IMG/VR virus record: IMGVR_UViG_3300028591_000117
Coordinates: 59,530 to 123,529 of that record
Direction: 5' to 3' (one strand)
Source of the DNA: a virus
Lineage: Duplodnaviria; Caudoviricetes
DNA length: 64,000 nucleotides
Position 1 is the stretch's first letter; every line of letters starts with the position of its first letter. The notes beneath the pieces are model-generated. The model ran no database searches, was not told the DNA's origin, and worked only from the letters and a program-made list of their open reading frames with translations. A program made the translations under genes and the position numbers. Positions 7,162-16,192 of this stretch are shown here, one piece after another.

Positions 7162-8183
7162 TAATCATCATCTCCAAGATTATTATATGAAGTATCTTCA
7201 TCTTTAATAGCTGAGACTCCATAGTAAATACAAGTTTCTTGTTTTCTATCAGTACATTGAGTGACTAATTCACTAATAGGTTCATTATAAATATAAATAT
7301 TATAAAATTTTTCTTCTTCTAATAAGCTATAAGTATTAAACTCAGTTGGTTTAGTAGTTAGAGAACCAGTTAATAAATAAAAGTTAATTACAAAAAGTTT
7401 AAGATATTTATTATATTTAATTAATGTTTTATAACCAAGTAAACTAATTAGAGCTTGAAAATCAGCTGCTAATTTATAGTGTCCAAAATACATCTCATAC
7501 TTTCCTTCAGCTTTAGTTTCTATAATATCTAGATGAATAAGAGTATCTAAAAAGTCTTGCAAATATTCAATATTTTTTAAGAAATACTTAGTTATTTTAG
7601 AACAATCTCTATTATATATTTCTAGAAGCTCTTTACTTTCATTATAATATTCAGTATTATCTCTATTCATTTGAACAAAGACATCACTAAAATGATAAAA
7701 GTTAAGAAGTATCTTATATAATAGTTTGCTATCAAGAGTCTTATTTTGTACAAATTTATTATCTTTTACTATAAAGAAACTTTCTAAAATATAAGAAAGA
7801 ATTAACTTATTTAAATTTGTCATCTTATATTCTTTAGAATTAAAGTTTATTACTACATTTGTATCTATTTTATTAAACTCTTTTATATCATCTGGTATAT
7901 TTTCAGATATTTTCAAATTAAATGGTTTATTAAAATAATTTTCAATAAGATTTCTATCTTTATAAGCTTTAAAGTTTCCAATATAATCTACAAAAAGCCT
8001 CTTTCCAGAAATAATATTTCGTTCAGAACTAGAACAAGTTACTATATCAAAATGACTAGTCACTTTCAAAATGTTGTCTTCATTTATATAATAAACAAAG
8101 TCATCTTCTTTAACATCTTCAATTGGTACCATTCCTCGACCAGTTAAAATACGAGTCGAGTTGCGATAAAATAAATTTTCCAT
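7161..8183 (-). CDS. Stand-alone degenerate intein-like protein (Hint blocks around a LAGLIDADG-like core)
   Basis: N-terminal FYRNSTRILTGRGMVPIEDVKEDDFV resembles intein block A/N2. FLDTLIHLD and KLAADFQALISLLG resemble endonuclease blocks E/H, and EEKFYNIYI resembles block F. Cys1 and the terminal His-Asn are absent. Confidence 0.6.
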   Translation of the reverse strand: MENLFYRNSTRILTGRGMVPIEDVKEDDFVYYINEDNILKVTSHFDIVTCSSSERNIISGKRLFVDYIGNFKAYKDRNLIENYFNKPFNLKISENIPDDIKEFNKIDTNVVINFNSKEYKMTNLNKLILSYILESFFIVKDNKFVQNKTLDSKLLYKILLNFYHFSDVFVQMNRDNTEYYNESKELLEIYNRDCSKITKYFLKNIEYLQDFLDTLIHLDIIETKAEGKYEMYFGHYKLAADFQALISLLGYKTLIKYNKYLKLFVINFYLLTGSLTTKPTEFNTYSLLEEEKFYNIYIYNEPISELVTQCTDRKQETCIYYGVSAIKDEDTSYNNLGDDD

Positions 8184-8320
8184 AACTACACCTCTCTATT
8201 TTATATTATGAACACGACTCCGAATTTTTCCACAGAGCATTGTGAATAAAAAATAAAAAATTTTTTAGGTCCATCGCATCGAAGAGCTTGCTCTCGTGTG
8301 CGTTATTTATACTTTAGTAT

Positions 8321-8343
8321 AAGAATTTCTTTTAGAAATTCTT
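8321..8343. repeat. Perfect 10-bp inverted repeat in a structured intergenic region
   Basis: AAGAATTTCT-TTT-AGAAATTCTT. Confidence 0.8.
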
Positions 8344-8378
8344 TTCTTGGTTACTTCTTTCTTATTTCCTTTTCTTTG

Positions 8379-8807
8379 TTAATTTGATATTTGACTACAT
8401 AACTCACTCTTTAGTTGAGCATAAGTACTCTGTCCAATTCTAAACTTTCTATAAGTCTCAATATTTTCTAATGGAGCATTATCGTCAAACTCTCCAAAAA
8501 TGTCATACATTTGAGACTGCTCAGCTTTAGTAAGCTTAGACCATAAGTCATTAAATACATACTCCATATTTAAATTATAGACATGTTGGTAAACATCATA
8601 AGTTCCAAATTGTCTTTGCTCATTAAAGCAATAAAAATGCCATCCGGTCTGGTCTTTAAATAACTTTGCTGCTGGAGTATTATAGTTGTCATGCATTGGA
8701 CACATCATTAATCCATTAGGTTGAACATTAATATCAATGTCTTTTAATATCTTAGGTAAATTTCCATAATAATTTATTACAAATATCTTAAATAGCTTAG
8801 AATTCAT
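8379..8807 (-). CDS. Stand-alone CHC2-type zinc-finger protein (primase zinc-binding-domain-like)
   Basis: MMCPMHDNYNTPAAKLF...FYCFNE; no TOPRIM domain; adjacent to the DnaB-like gene. Confidence 0.7.
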   Translation of the reverse strand: MNSKLFKIFVINYYGNLPKILKDIDINVQPNGLMMCPMHDNYNTPAAKLFKDQTGWHFYCFNEQRQFGTYDVYQHVYNLNMEYVFNDLWSKLTKAEQSQMYDIFGEFDDNAPLENIETYRKFRIGQSTYAQLKSELCSQISN

Positions 8808-8869
8808 TTTAGATACCTCCTTTAAACATTTTTATTTTCTAATATAAATTATTAACTTTTAATAAAAAG

Positions 8870-8902
8870 TGTCCCAGAATTAACTTGGTGAACTCTGGGA
8901 CA
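8870..8902 (-). terminator. CCAGA/TCTGG-family hairpin, probable terminator after the helicase gene
   Basis: TGTCCCAGA-N15-TCTGGGACA followed by a U-tract on the minus strand. Confidence 0.6.
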
Positions 8903-8908
8903 TATCTT

Positions 8909-10330
8909 TTACATTCCACTTAATAAACTATCTAAATTTATCTCATCTGAAGAGTTATTATTTTCAAATGGATTAAATGGAGAGTCATTATTATCAAATA
9001 CAGCACCAACTTGTTGAGCTTGAGTTTGATAACCATTTCCAACTAGATAGTACTCAGGTCTTACAGAGACAGCTTGAGGTTCTAGCATAACTTCACCATA
9101 TCTATTTTTTAATATTTGAACTTGTAGCTGTCCTGAAGCTCTAAGTTCATCACTATTAAATACTGAAATTACACAAGTAGCTCCTCTTTCTAGTTCATTA
9201 CTTTCAGCAAGACCAGTTAATAGATATTGTCCTCCATGTTTATAAGCATACTCATATCCTTGTCTTGAAGTTTGTGATACCATAGTTACAGCATAATTTT
9301 GTCTTGCTGCTAACTGTCTAAAATAAGAAGCATAAGTATTTATAACTTGATATGGGTCTTTATTTGCAGACTTCTCATCATATTTTAGTAGTTGAGCATG
9401 GTCTAAATAAATAGCAAATAAACCATTTTTAGTTTCTTCTATAAATCTTTTTTCAGTATTTCTTATTACCTCATTAAACTTTTCTACACCATAAGTACCA
9501 AGCATAGACTCGTCATAAATCATTATTTTACCAGGTAAACTCATAACTTCATTATAGATTTTACTAAACTTTTCTTTATCTTTATAAATAAGTTTATTCA
9601 TATCTTCTCTTTTAATAGGTTCATTAGTACAAGAAATTGTATATAAAGACATTAAACTAATAATAGCTTCTTCAGCACTTACTTCTAATGAAAAATATAA
9701 GCAATTATAACCCATCTGCATAGCAATAAAGCATTGGTTTAGAGCTAGTGTAGTTTTTAATGAACCAGTATATCCAGCAATAATATTAAATGATTTATGT
9801 GTTAGTCCTGGATAAACTTCATCAATAAAATCAATTCCAAATGGAACTCCTCTTTCAGGTTCTTCTTTATTAATAATCTCTTTTAACTTTTCTTCTGAGA
9901 ATGTAGATAATACTTTATCTTTATCAGTATCTATATAACTATTATTAATTAATTCTAGTAACTTCTCTTTAGAACTTTCTAAAGTATCTCCAGGTTTAGT
10001 TACATCCATTAATATATTAGTTACATCAGAAGAAAATTTCATTTTTCTTTTATTTTGAATAAATATTTTAGTTAAATCTTCTAAAGAGTTTTCACTAATA
10101 GTATTTGCATTAGTAAATGTAATATCTCTACTTACTAAAGTTCCTGAGTCAGGAATACCTCCAACATCATTACATAAGTTATTAAATGTATCAAGGACTT
10201 TCTTTTCATCAGTATCTAGTCCATCAAATAGATTTAATTGGTCTATAACATACTGAATTTTCTCTTTATCAGATGCTTTAGTGACAGAATATAATAAATC
10301 GTATATTGTTGCATAAGTTCCATCTACCAT
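8909..10330 (-). CDS. dnaB: Replicative DnaB-like (SF4) helicase
   Basis: AGYTGSLKTT (H1), FSLEVS (H1a), IYLDHAQLL (H2), VSQTSR (H3), ELERGA...ILKNRYG (H4). Confidence 0.9.
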   Translation of the reverse strand: MVDGTYATIYDLLYSVTKASDKEKIQYVIDQLNLFDGLDTDEKKVLDTFNNLCNDVGGIPDSGTLVSRDITFTNANTISENSLEDLTKIFIQNKRKMKFSSDVTNILMDVTKPGDTLESSKEKLLELINNSYIDTDKDKVLSTFSEEKLKEIINKEEPERGVPFGIDFIDEVYPGLTHKSFNIIAGYTGSLKTTLALNQCFIAMQMGYNCLYFSLEVSAEEAIISLMSLYTISCTNEPIKREDMNKLIYKDKEKFSKIYNEVMSLPGKIMIYDESMLGTYGVEKFNEVIRNTEKRFIEETKNGLFAIYLDHAQLLKYDEKSANKDPYQVINTYASYFRQLAARQNYAVTMVSQTSRQGYEYAYKHGGQYLLTGLAESNELERGATCVISVFNSDELRASGQLQVQILKNRYGEVMLEPQAVSVRPEYYLVGNGYQTQAQQVGAVFDNNDSPFNPFENNNSSDEINLDSLLSGM

Positions 10331-11038
10331 CTAAAACACCTCCTCATCATTAATTTCTTTACTCATTTTACTATATGTTTTTTGTTGGTTGTTTTTGATT
10401 ATAGTATCACTATTAAAATTCTCTTTCTTATATTGAATTCCAAAGAGTTTTTCTTCAATAGGACTAAACTCTTTCTCAGTTCCTAAAAATAAAATAATTG
10501 TTATTAAACCAGAAACTCCACGATAATCAACTAAATTTTTAAATAATTCATAATAATATTTTTCACTATAACCGTCTTTACCTTTATATACATATTTATT
10601 AGCCATAACAAAGAGAATATCTGTTTTGTGTATCTTATTAATTTCTTCATAATTATTCGTAATATTTAAACTATAATACTTATCAACTGAAACAGTGTCA
10701 TAAGTAAGACAGTCATTACCACCTTTAATTATTTTAGAAATCATATCACTATATTCTCGCCAGTTAGCTAAAAAGTTAAGATATAAATGAAACTTTAATG
10801 AGTTTACTATTCTATAATCAGTTTGTTTAAAAAATATAACTAAAGTTTTATCTCTACAAACATTTAAATCTTTTTTAGAAACAAACTTAATTATATCTTC
10901 TGTTGTTTGAGCTGGTATAAAATCATTTATTATTGGTTTAAATACTTTTTCTACATGTTCTTTAGGAGGACTAAAATAACCTTTATAGACGTTTTCTTTA
11001 GTGTCTAGTTTACTTTGTAAAAAGTTTCTTCTGTCCAT
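10331..11038 (-). CDS. Putative degenerate DnaC/IstB-like helicase loader
   Basis: KIHKTDILFV...ELFKNLVDYRGVSGLITII resembles the IstB/DnaC C-terminal pattern. No Walker A; it abuts the helicase gene. Confidence 0.45.
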   Translation of the reverse strand: MDRRNFLQSKLDTKENVYKGYFSPPKEHVEKVFKPIINDFIPAQTTEDIIKFVSKKDLNVCRDKTLVIFFKQTDYRIVNSLKFHLYLNFLANWREYSDMISKIIKGGNDCLTYDTVSVDKYYSLNITNNYEEINKIHKTDILFVMANKYVYKGKDGYSEKYYYELFKNLVDYRGVSGLITIILFLGTEKEFSPIEEKLFGIQYKKENFNSDTIIKNNQQKTYSKMSKEINDEEVF

Positions 11039-11039
11039 C

Positions 11040-11207
11040 TTACTCCTCCTTTTCTAAAAATAACTTAACATCACCATTAATTATCTTTACAAGAGAAATC
11101 ATTTTTTGCTTCTCATATAAAGTATATAAATCTTCTAGTGTTAGAGTTCTTACTTCTTTTTCTTTATTTTCAACTTTTATAAAGTCATCTAACTTAAACT
11201 CTTGCAT
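11040..11207 (-). CDS. Small hypothetical protein (55 aa, below the track cutoff)
   Basis: RBS AGGAGG; MQEFKLDDFIKVENKEKEVRTLTLEDLYTYMRSKKMISLVKIINGDVKLFLEKEE*; fills the gap exactly. Confidence 0.75.
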   Translation of the reverse strand: MQEFKLDDFIKVENKEKEVRTLTLEDLYTLYEKQKMISLVKIINGDVKLFLEKEE

Positions 11208-11235
11208 AAGACACCTCCTACTTTAATTATTATGA

Positions 11236-11616
11236 TTAACTAAAATTTCTAGTTAGCCAGAAGTAGCCAAATAAAAGCATTGTATATCCATGGTCTTTAA
11301 ATTGATTATTTATTGACAAAATAAATTGAGAATATCTATTAATACTATTGTTTACATCTTTTATAGTATCGTATTTAAATGGTACGTCTTGAATTTCAGA
11401 ATAAATAATATTAAATCCATTAACTAACTTTTCTGCTGTAATACTAGGAAAAGTCTCGTTTAAAAGACTAATTATTTTATTTTTATTTTTAATTAACTGC
11501 TTTTTATTTTTTAACTTCATTCCTATAATATCTAATATTTCTTCAAAGTGATTGTTTACTAAACTTTCACCAAATGTAAACTGTAAAGTATTATTATCCA
11601 TATTAGCTACCTCCAT
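11236..11616 (-). CDS. Hypothetical protein (true start probably the second Met, MDNNT)
   Basis: ORF with GGAGG preceding the internal ATG. Confidence 0.7.
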   Translation of the reverse strand: MEVANMDNNTLQFTFGESLVNNHFEEILDIIGMKLKNKKQLIKNKNKIISLLNETFPSITAEKLVNGFNIIYSEIQDVPFKYDTIKDVNNSINRYSQFILSINNQFKDHGYTMLLFGYFWLTRNFS

Positions 11617-11652
11617 AGTATATTATATGAATTGATAGTATAATAAAAGCAA

Positions 11653-12297
11653 CTACTTAGGTTGCTTTTTATCTACAAAGAAGTTACTTGGAAGCTCTTT
11701 AAAATCTCTTAGTTCTTTAACATTAGGAAGTTTTCCTATCTCAAGAATTTTATTTAACTTATTAGAAACAAGACAAGTTGTTTCGAAGTTTCTATCTTTA
11801 AGTCTCTTAGAGCATTTACTTATAAGTCTAAACTCTTGAATTCCTTCAGGTATTTTAGTTATTGCATCGTCATCTTTATATCTATTTATTAAATATCCAT
11901 AACAAAGAATATACCATCTTCCAAACTTCGAGTTATTAAAACATCTTTCATTTATTTCTGAAATTTTTCTAAAAACTCTTTCATTAATAATAAATAACTC
12001 TTTATCTTCTAAAGGTCTTACATAGTCATAGCTAGGAATTAACTTATTAGTTCTTATTATTTCTAAAGGTATTGTAGCTTTAAGTACTGAGATATTTGAT
12101 ATCTTAGGAGGACCTAGATATACAGTATACTCATTAGTCTTTTTATTATATTTTCCTATATAAAGTATTTTAAATAAATAAGGTTTAGTAGCAAACTTCT
12201 TATTATCATATTGTTGTATTATATTTTCCATAGGAATATTTAATGTTTTTTCATTTATTTTATATTGTATATAACTTAATTTATTTATATTTTCCAT
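11653..12297 (-). CDS. Hypothetical basic protein
   Basis: 214-aa ORF preceded by the TTCATATAAT motif. Confidence 0.75.
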   Translation of the reverse strand: MENINKLSYIQYKINEKTLNIPMENIIQQYDNKKFATKPYLFKILYIGKYNKKTNEYTVYLGPPKISNISVLKATIPLEIIRTNKLIPSYDYVRPLEDKELFIINERVFRKISEINERCFNNSKFGRWYILCYGYLINRYKDDDAITKIPEGIQEFRLISKCSKRLKDRNFETTCLVSNKLNKILEIGKLPNVKELRDFKELPSNFFVDKKQPK

Positions 12298-12326
12298 AAA
12301 CTACACCTAGTAAATTATATGAAAAT

Positions 12327-12354
12327 AAAAAGTTCTATCTAATAATAGAACTTT
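12327..12354 (-). terminator. Intrinsic terminator ending the structural/lysis unit
   Basis: AAAGTTCTAT/ATAGAACTTT stem with a U-tract on the minus strand. Confidence 0.7.
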
Positions 12355-12383
12355 AAAAATATGGAGTGAATAGAACCTTCAAA

Positions 12384-12650
12384 TTAACCTTCAATATTAG
12401 TAGGAGTTGAAGGTTCTGTAGGTTCAGTTTCACTAGGTTCTGATAAATTATCTTGGTTTTCAGGATTAATATTTACTAATTCTATTGCAAGACCATTAAT
12501 CTCTCCATTTATATCTAAAAGTTTAGTATATACAAACTTAAAGTTTTCTGTATTATTTGCTTTCTTAATAAACTTCTTTAAAACTAGTTGTTCATTAGCA
12601 TCTGCAGTATTTAATACTAACTTTTTATTTTCTTTAAATATAGCTTTCAT
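12384..12650 (-). CDS. Hypothetical protein, paralogue of the N-terminal domain of 23163-23774
   Basis: MKAIFKENKKLVL..DANEQLVL..F...LLDINGEINGLAIEL versus MRALLKSSKKIVI..DQSERALI..F...LFDIDNELDGISLEL. Confidence 0.75.
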   Translation of the reverse strand: MKAIFKENKKLVLNTADANEQLVLKKFIKKANNTENFKFVYTKLLDINGEINGLAIELVNINPENQDNLSEPSETEPTEPSTPTNIEG

Positions 12651-12698
12651 TTGTTTAATTTCCTCCTCTTAAATAATTTATATTAGTTAAATTAAAAT

Positions 12699-12734
12699 GA
12701 CATCCAGAAGTACTCCAGAGTATCTCTGGATGTC
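12699..12734. repeat. CCAGA/TCTGG-family palindrome
   Basis: GACATCCAGA-N16-TCTGGATGTC. Confidence 0.75.
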
Positions 12735-12742
12735 TATTCTAA

Positions 12743-13726
12743 TTAAAGTTTCTTTAATGAACTAGCTTGATAAAATCCTGTAGTTCCTTTTTCATTACCA
12801 ACTTGATAAGGATAAGGACGACCTTTATAAACTCTTAGAATTTTACGAGTCCATCCAATACCACCAGCAGTTGGATTATCTCCATAAGAAGAAGCTTTAC
12901 CATAACCAGTAATTTTTACTTTATCTCCAGCTTTTAGTTCAGTTGGAACTGGTTTTGGTGGTTCAGGTTTTGGTTCTGGAGTATATTTTGTTAATGAACT
13001 CTCATCACACCAACCTAAGTCACCAGTTGTGTTATAAGGATGAGCTGCTCCTTTAACTTTTCGAGTAACTTTAGTTCTTTTATTTCTAATAGTATTAGCA
13101 GCTTTTGAAGCATTAGAACTTACATATATAGGTCCATTTAATACTACTTCATCTCCAATATTAAATTTATCTGCTGGAGTAGGTTCAGGTCTTGGTTCTT
13201 CATCTATAATTTTCTGAACATCATCAGGTAAATAGATAAATCCTCTAAATTTATAAGCACTACCTGAGCCCCAACGACCATTACTATTATAACGATGAGC
13301 ATTCCAGAAATAATTTGAGTTATATCCAGACTCAGATGTATATACATGATTATTATCATATACTTGTTCTACAATACAAACATGTCCTGCTCCATCACTA
13401 CCAGAAAGAGTAGAACCTTTTTGCCAGCACATAATAGCTCCTCTTTTTGGAGTATTACCTACTTTTAAGCCCGCTGATTTAGCTCTTTCAATCCAGTTTT
13501 CAGCATTACAGTTTAAAGTATTAAACTTATTTCCTGTAATACCTAAAGCTATTGCAATAATTTCATTAAATCTACCATTAGCATAACCAACACAGTTAGC
13601 TAGAACATTACAGTATTGATGAGTTGGTTTACCTTGAATACAAGAGTTCCAACCACCATTAGTTTGTCTTATGTAATGTTTATTTCCTTGTCCAGGACAA
13701 CTAGTCCTTATTGAAAACTTCGACAT
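12743..13726 (-). CDS. Endolysin: CHAP domain plus two SH3-like cell-wall-binding domains
   Basis: NCVGYANGR (Cys), GHVCIVEQ (His), SESGY; Pro-rich linkers; two F/L-x-x-GD-x-V...PY repeats. Start moved to ATG 13726 (RBS AAGGAG). Confidence 0.9.
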   Translation of the reverse strand: MSKFSIRTSCPGQGNKHYIRQTNGGWNSCIQGKPTHQYCNVLANCVGYANGRFNEIIAIALGITGNKFNTLNCNAENWIERAKSAGLKVGNTPKRGAIMCWQKGSTLSGSDGAGHVCIVEQVYDNNHVYTSESGYNSNYFWNAHRYNSNGRWGSGSAYKFRGFIYLPDDVQKIIDEEPRPEPTPADKFNIGDEVVLNGPIYVSSNASKAANTIRNKRTKVTRKVKGAAHPYNTTGDLGWCDESSLTKYTPEPKPEPPKPVPTELKAGDKVKITGYGKASSYGDNPTAGGIGWTRKILRVYKGRPYPYQVGNEKGTTGFYQASSLKKL

Positions 13727-13910
13727 TCTCAACAACTCCTTCCTCAACAAGTTCATCTAAGCTGTCTTCATTAAACGTTGTTTGAACTTCTTCGATATTT
13801 TGAGTTTCTTCTAACTTTAATTCATGTCCTTCTTGTAGAGGCATTGGTTCAGCTTCTCCAATTCCTTTATTTCCTCTAAAGAAGTTTTTAATTCTACTAA
13901 ATAATCCCAT
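13701..13910 (-). CDS. Small acidic protein in the lysis cassette with an N-terminal amphipathic helix
   Basis: MGLFSRIKNFFR...; RBS AAGGAGG; lies between holin and endolysin. Confidence 0.65.
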   Translation of the reverse strand: MGLFSRIKNFFRGNKGIGEAEPMPLQEGHELKLEETQNIEEVQTTFNEDSLDELVEEGVVENVEVFNKD

Positions 13911-13913
13911 AAA

Positions 13914-14207
13914 CTATTCCTCCTTACTAAGATTTCTTAGATTTTTAACTGTTTCAAATCCTCCAGTTGAAGCCCATCCTAAAGCTAAACCACAAATAGC
14001 ACAGCTTAGAATATCTTTTCCTGGAAAAATGTCAGGTATAAAAATACCTAAAAGAATACCAATAATACCTCCAATTAATGGAATTAAGTCATTATTGATA
14101 AATTTGATAGATTGTTTTATAATCATTCCAGTTACAAATGTTGCGACTGCAATAATCAATCCATCAGATACAAATAAATTAGTTATAAAATCAAATACAC
14201 CTTCCAT
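13914..14207 (-). CDS. Holin
   Basis: 97 aa, three hydrophobic segments, IPLI..IIG..LG and GLALGWASTGGFE; upstream of the endolysin. Confidence 0.85.
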   Translation of the reverse strand: MEGVFDFITNLFVSDGLIIAVATFVTGMIIKQSIKFINNDLIPLIGGIIGILLGIFIPDIFPGKDILSCAICGLALGWASTGGFETVKNLRNLSKEE

Positions 14208-14229
14208 TTAATTCACTCCTTTCTAAAAT

Positions 14230-14260
14230 AATATATAAAAAAAGAGCTTATATAGCTCTT
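14230..14260 (-). terminator. Terminator fused to a TTATATATT late-promoter-like motif
   Basis: AAGAGCT-ATATA-AGCTCTTTTTTT then ATATATT on the minus strand. Confidence 0.75.
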
Positions 14261-14645
14261 AGTTTATTTCTAATATTTTATTTATTAAACTAGCTAAAGA
14301 CTCAGTAGTATCAGCATAAACTCCTTTTACTCGTAAGTTATCAACTAGTTGAGACTTACAAGATTGAATTTCTGTTATATATGGAAGAGTATCAACATAT
14401 TTTAAGTTATCTTTTTCAGATATAGCTTCTAGGTCTCCACCATAAGTTATAAATTCTAATAATCTTACTACATTTTTAATATCAGAAAATGTCATATTTA
14501 AAGCTCTTGGAAAAGAAGCAAATGGACTTTCATCAGTTATATAATCTCCTCCACCAATATCTTTAATAATAGTTCTTAATCTATTTTTAATTATATTTAT
14601 TTCAGTTAATTTTTCTAATAACGTATTACTTTCAATATTAGCCAT
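14259..14645 (-). CDS. Putative tail-fibre adaptor made of two copies of a docking module
   Basis: Two L..I...K..L...I/L...G repeats, also present at the N-termini of the two neighbouring genes. Confidence 0.55.
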   Translation of the reverse strand: MANIESNTLLEKLTEINIIKNRLRTIIKDIGGGDYITDESPFASFPRALNMTFSDIKNVVRLLEFITYGGDLEAISEKDNLKYVDTLPYITEIQSCKSQLVDNLRVKGVYADTTESLASLINKILEIN

Positions 14646-14662
14646 AAATATTATTCTCCTTT

Positions 14663-16192
14663 TTAACTATTTAAACTAGCTTCATATTCTTCTACTGTTT
14701 TAACATTTGTAAGACGTGAAAACTTTGTATTAACCCAAGATTTTTGTGTAGTGTCTTTTACGATAATTAAGCAGTTGTTTGGAACACCGTATGAAGCTGA
14801 GCCGCCAAATAAGTTTTGATAATTTGTAACTGCTGTAAAGTCTAAATTTCTTATATCAATATATTCAAGTGCTTTACAGTTATAAAATAGATTACGTAAA
14901 TTTACATTACTAGTTGAGTCTTTATTAAAAGCTAAATTTGATAAATCAACTCTTTTTAGTGAAGAACAACCACTAAACATAACACTATAGTCTGCTGATT
15001 TATAAGATGAAAGATTTATAGTTCCTAGTCCTGATAAATTTAATTCTATTAATTTACTACAGCTACCAAACATAGCTGATGTAGAATAAAGTGTATTTGT
15101 TGTAAAATTGCCTAAGTTTAAACTTTCTAAATTACTACATGTTTCAAACATATTTATAGTACTTTTTAAATTACTTACATCAAAATTACTAATATCTAAG
15201 CTAATTAAACTACTACAACTTCTAAACATGCCACTCATATCAGTTACATTACTAGTATTAAAATTACTTAAATCAAGTTCTTTTAAGTTAGTACAACCAT
15301 AAAACATTGAAGTCATATCAGTTACATTGCTAGTATTTAATGTAAAACCAAGTTCTTTTAAGTTTGTATTATTCTGAAATAAACAGTAACCAGTATCTAT
15401 TGTAAAACTACCAACTCTATTATTAACTAGAAAGTTTAAATCTCTTTTTGTACCTTGTGGAAATGAACCTTGAGTAATACCTGAATTAGTATAACCTTTA
15501 GAACTTGTTAAATAGTTACTTCCATTTTCATTAAGACCAATATCTGTATAACTCCAAGAACTGTTTTTATAAGAGAATAATCCACCAAAAGTTGTAATAC
15601 TAACTTGCATAAATTTGCTAATGTTAGTGCTAAAGCTACTACCAAAGTTTATACTGCTAGGTAGCGTTACTGTATTACCATCAACAAGAGAAGTGCCTGT
15701 AGCCTCGTCTGTAGCTTCAAGACTTTCTCTAGTAAACGTAGCTCCATCATCATAACTAGTATAATTAACACTTAAATGAAATGTGTCACTATAAGCATTT
15801 AAATAGAAAGAGTCAAAAGTTAAATCATAACTACCTATATAATTATTATTTGAGTCATATACTGTGCCACTTGCTTGTAAACCATCTGGAGATACAGTTT
15901 CAGGAAAAGTTATAACTGAAGCTTCAGTGCCACTTTGCCAATCTCCTATAGAAGATGTATATACTACACACATATCGTCTTCATTAATATTTGTTAAAGC
16001 ATCTCTTTCAGCAATAGAAGCTACTCTATAAATATTTGTAGCTCCACTACTTATATTTAAAACCTCAGGAACTAACTCAGTAAATGTTTCATTACCAGTT
16101 AGTCCTGTTATTCCTTTAGTTTCTAGATTATCAACAAAGTCTTCTCTATCTTGTTGTAATTGTTCAAGATATTCATTAGTCGTATGGTTCAT
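14663..16192 (-). CDS. Receptor-binding/fibre protein with C-terminal BspA-like (DUF285-type) leucine-rich repeats
   Basis: Tandem NTSNVTDM..MF.GC..L..LDLSNF repeats. Confidence 0.8.
   Translation of the reverse strand: MNHTTNEYLEQLQQDREDFVDNLETKGITGLTGNETFTELVPEVLNISSGATNIYRVASIAERDALTNINEDDMCVVYTSSIGDWQSGTEASVITFPETVSPDGLQASGTVYDSNNNYIGSYDLTFDSFYLNAYSDTFHLSVNYTSYDDGATFTRESLEATDEATGTSLVDGNTVTLPSSINFGSSFSTNISKFMQVSITTFGGLFSYKNSSWSYTDIGLNENGSNYLTSSKGYTNSGITQGSFPQGTKRDLNFLVNNRVGSFTIDTGYCLFQNNTNLKELGFTLNTSNVTDMTSMFYGCTNLKELDLSNFNTSNVTDMSGMFRSCSSLISLDISNFDVSNLKSTINMFETCSNLESLNLGNFTTNTLYSTSAMFGSCSKLIELNLSGLGTINLSSYKSADYSVMFSGCSSLKRVDLSNLAFNKDSTSNVNLRNLFYNCKALEYIDIRNLDFTAVTNYQNLFGGSASYGVPNNCLIIVKDTTQKSWVNTKFSRLTNVKTVEEYEASLNS

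Noticed and set aside
7161-8183. Active intein or split intein of the DNA polymerase
   Set aside because: The catalytic terminal residues are absent, and the polymerase ORF is complete without intein fragments.
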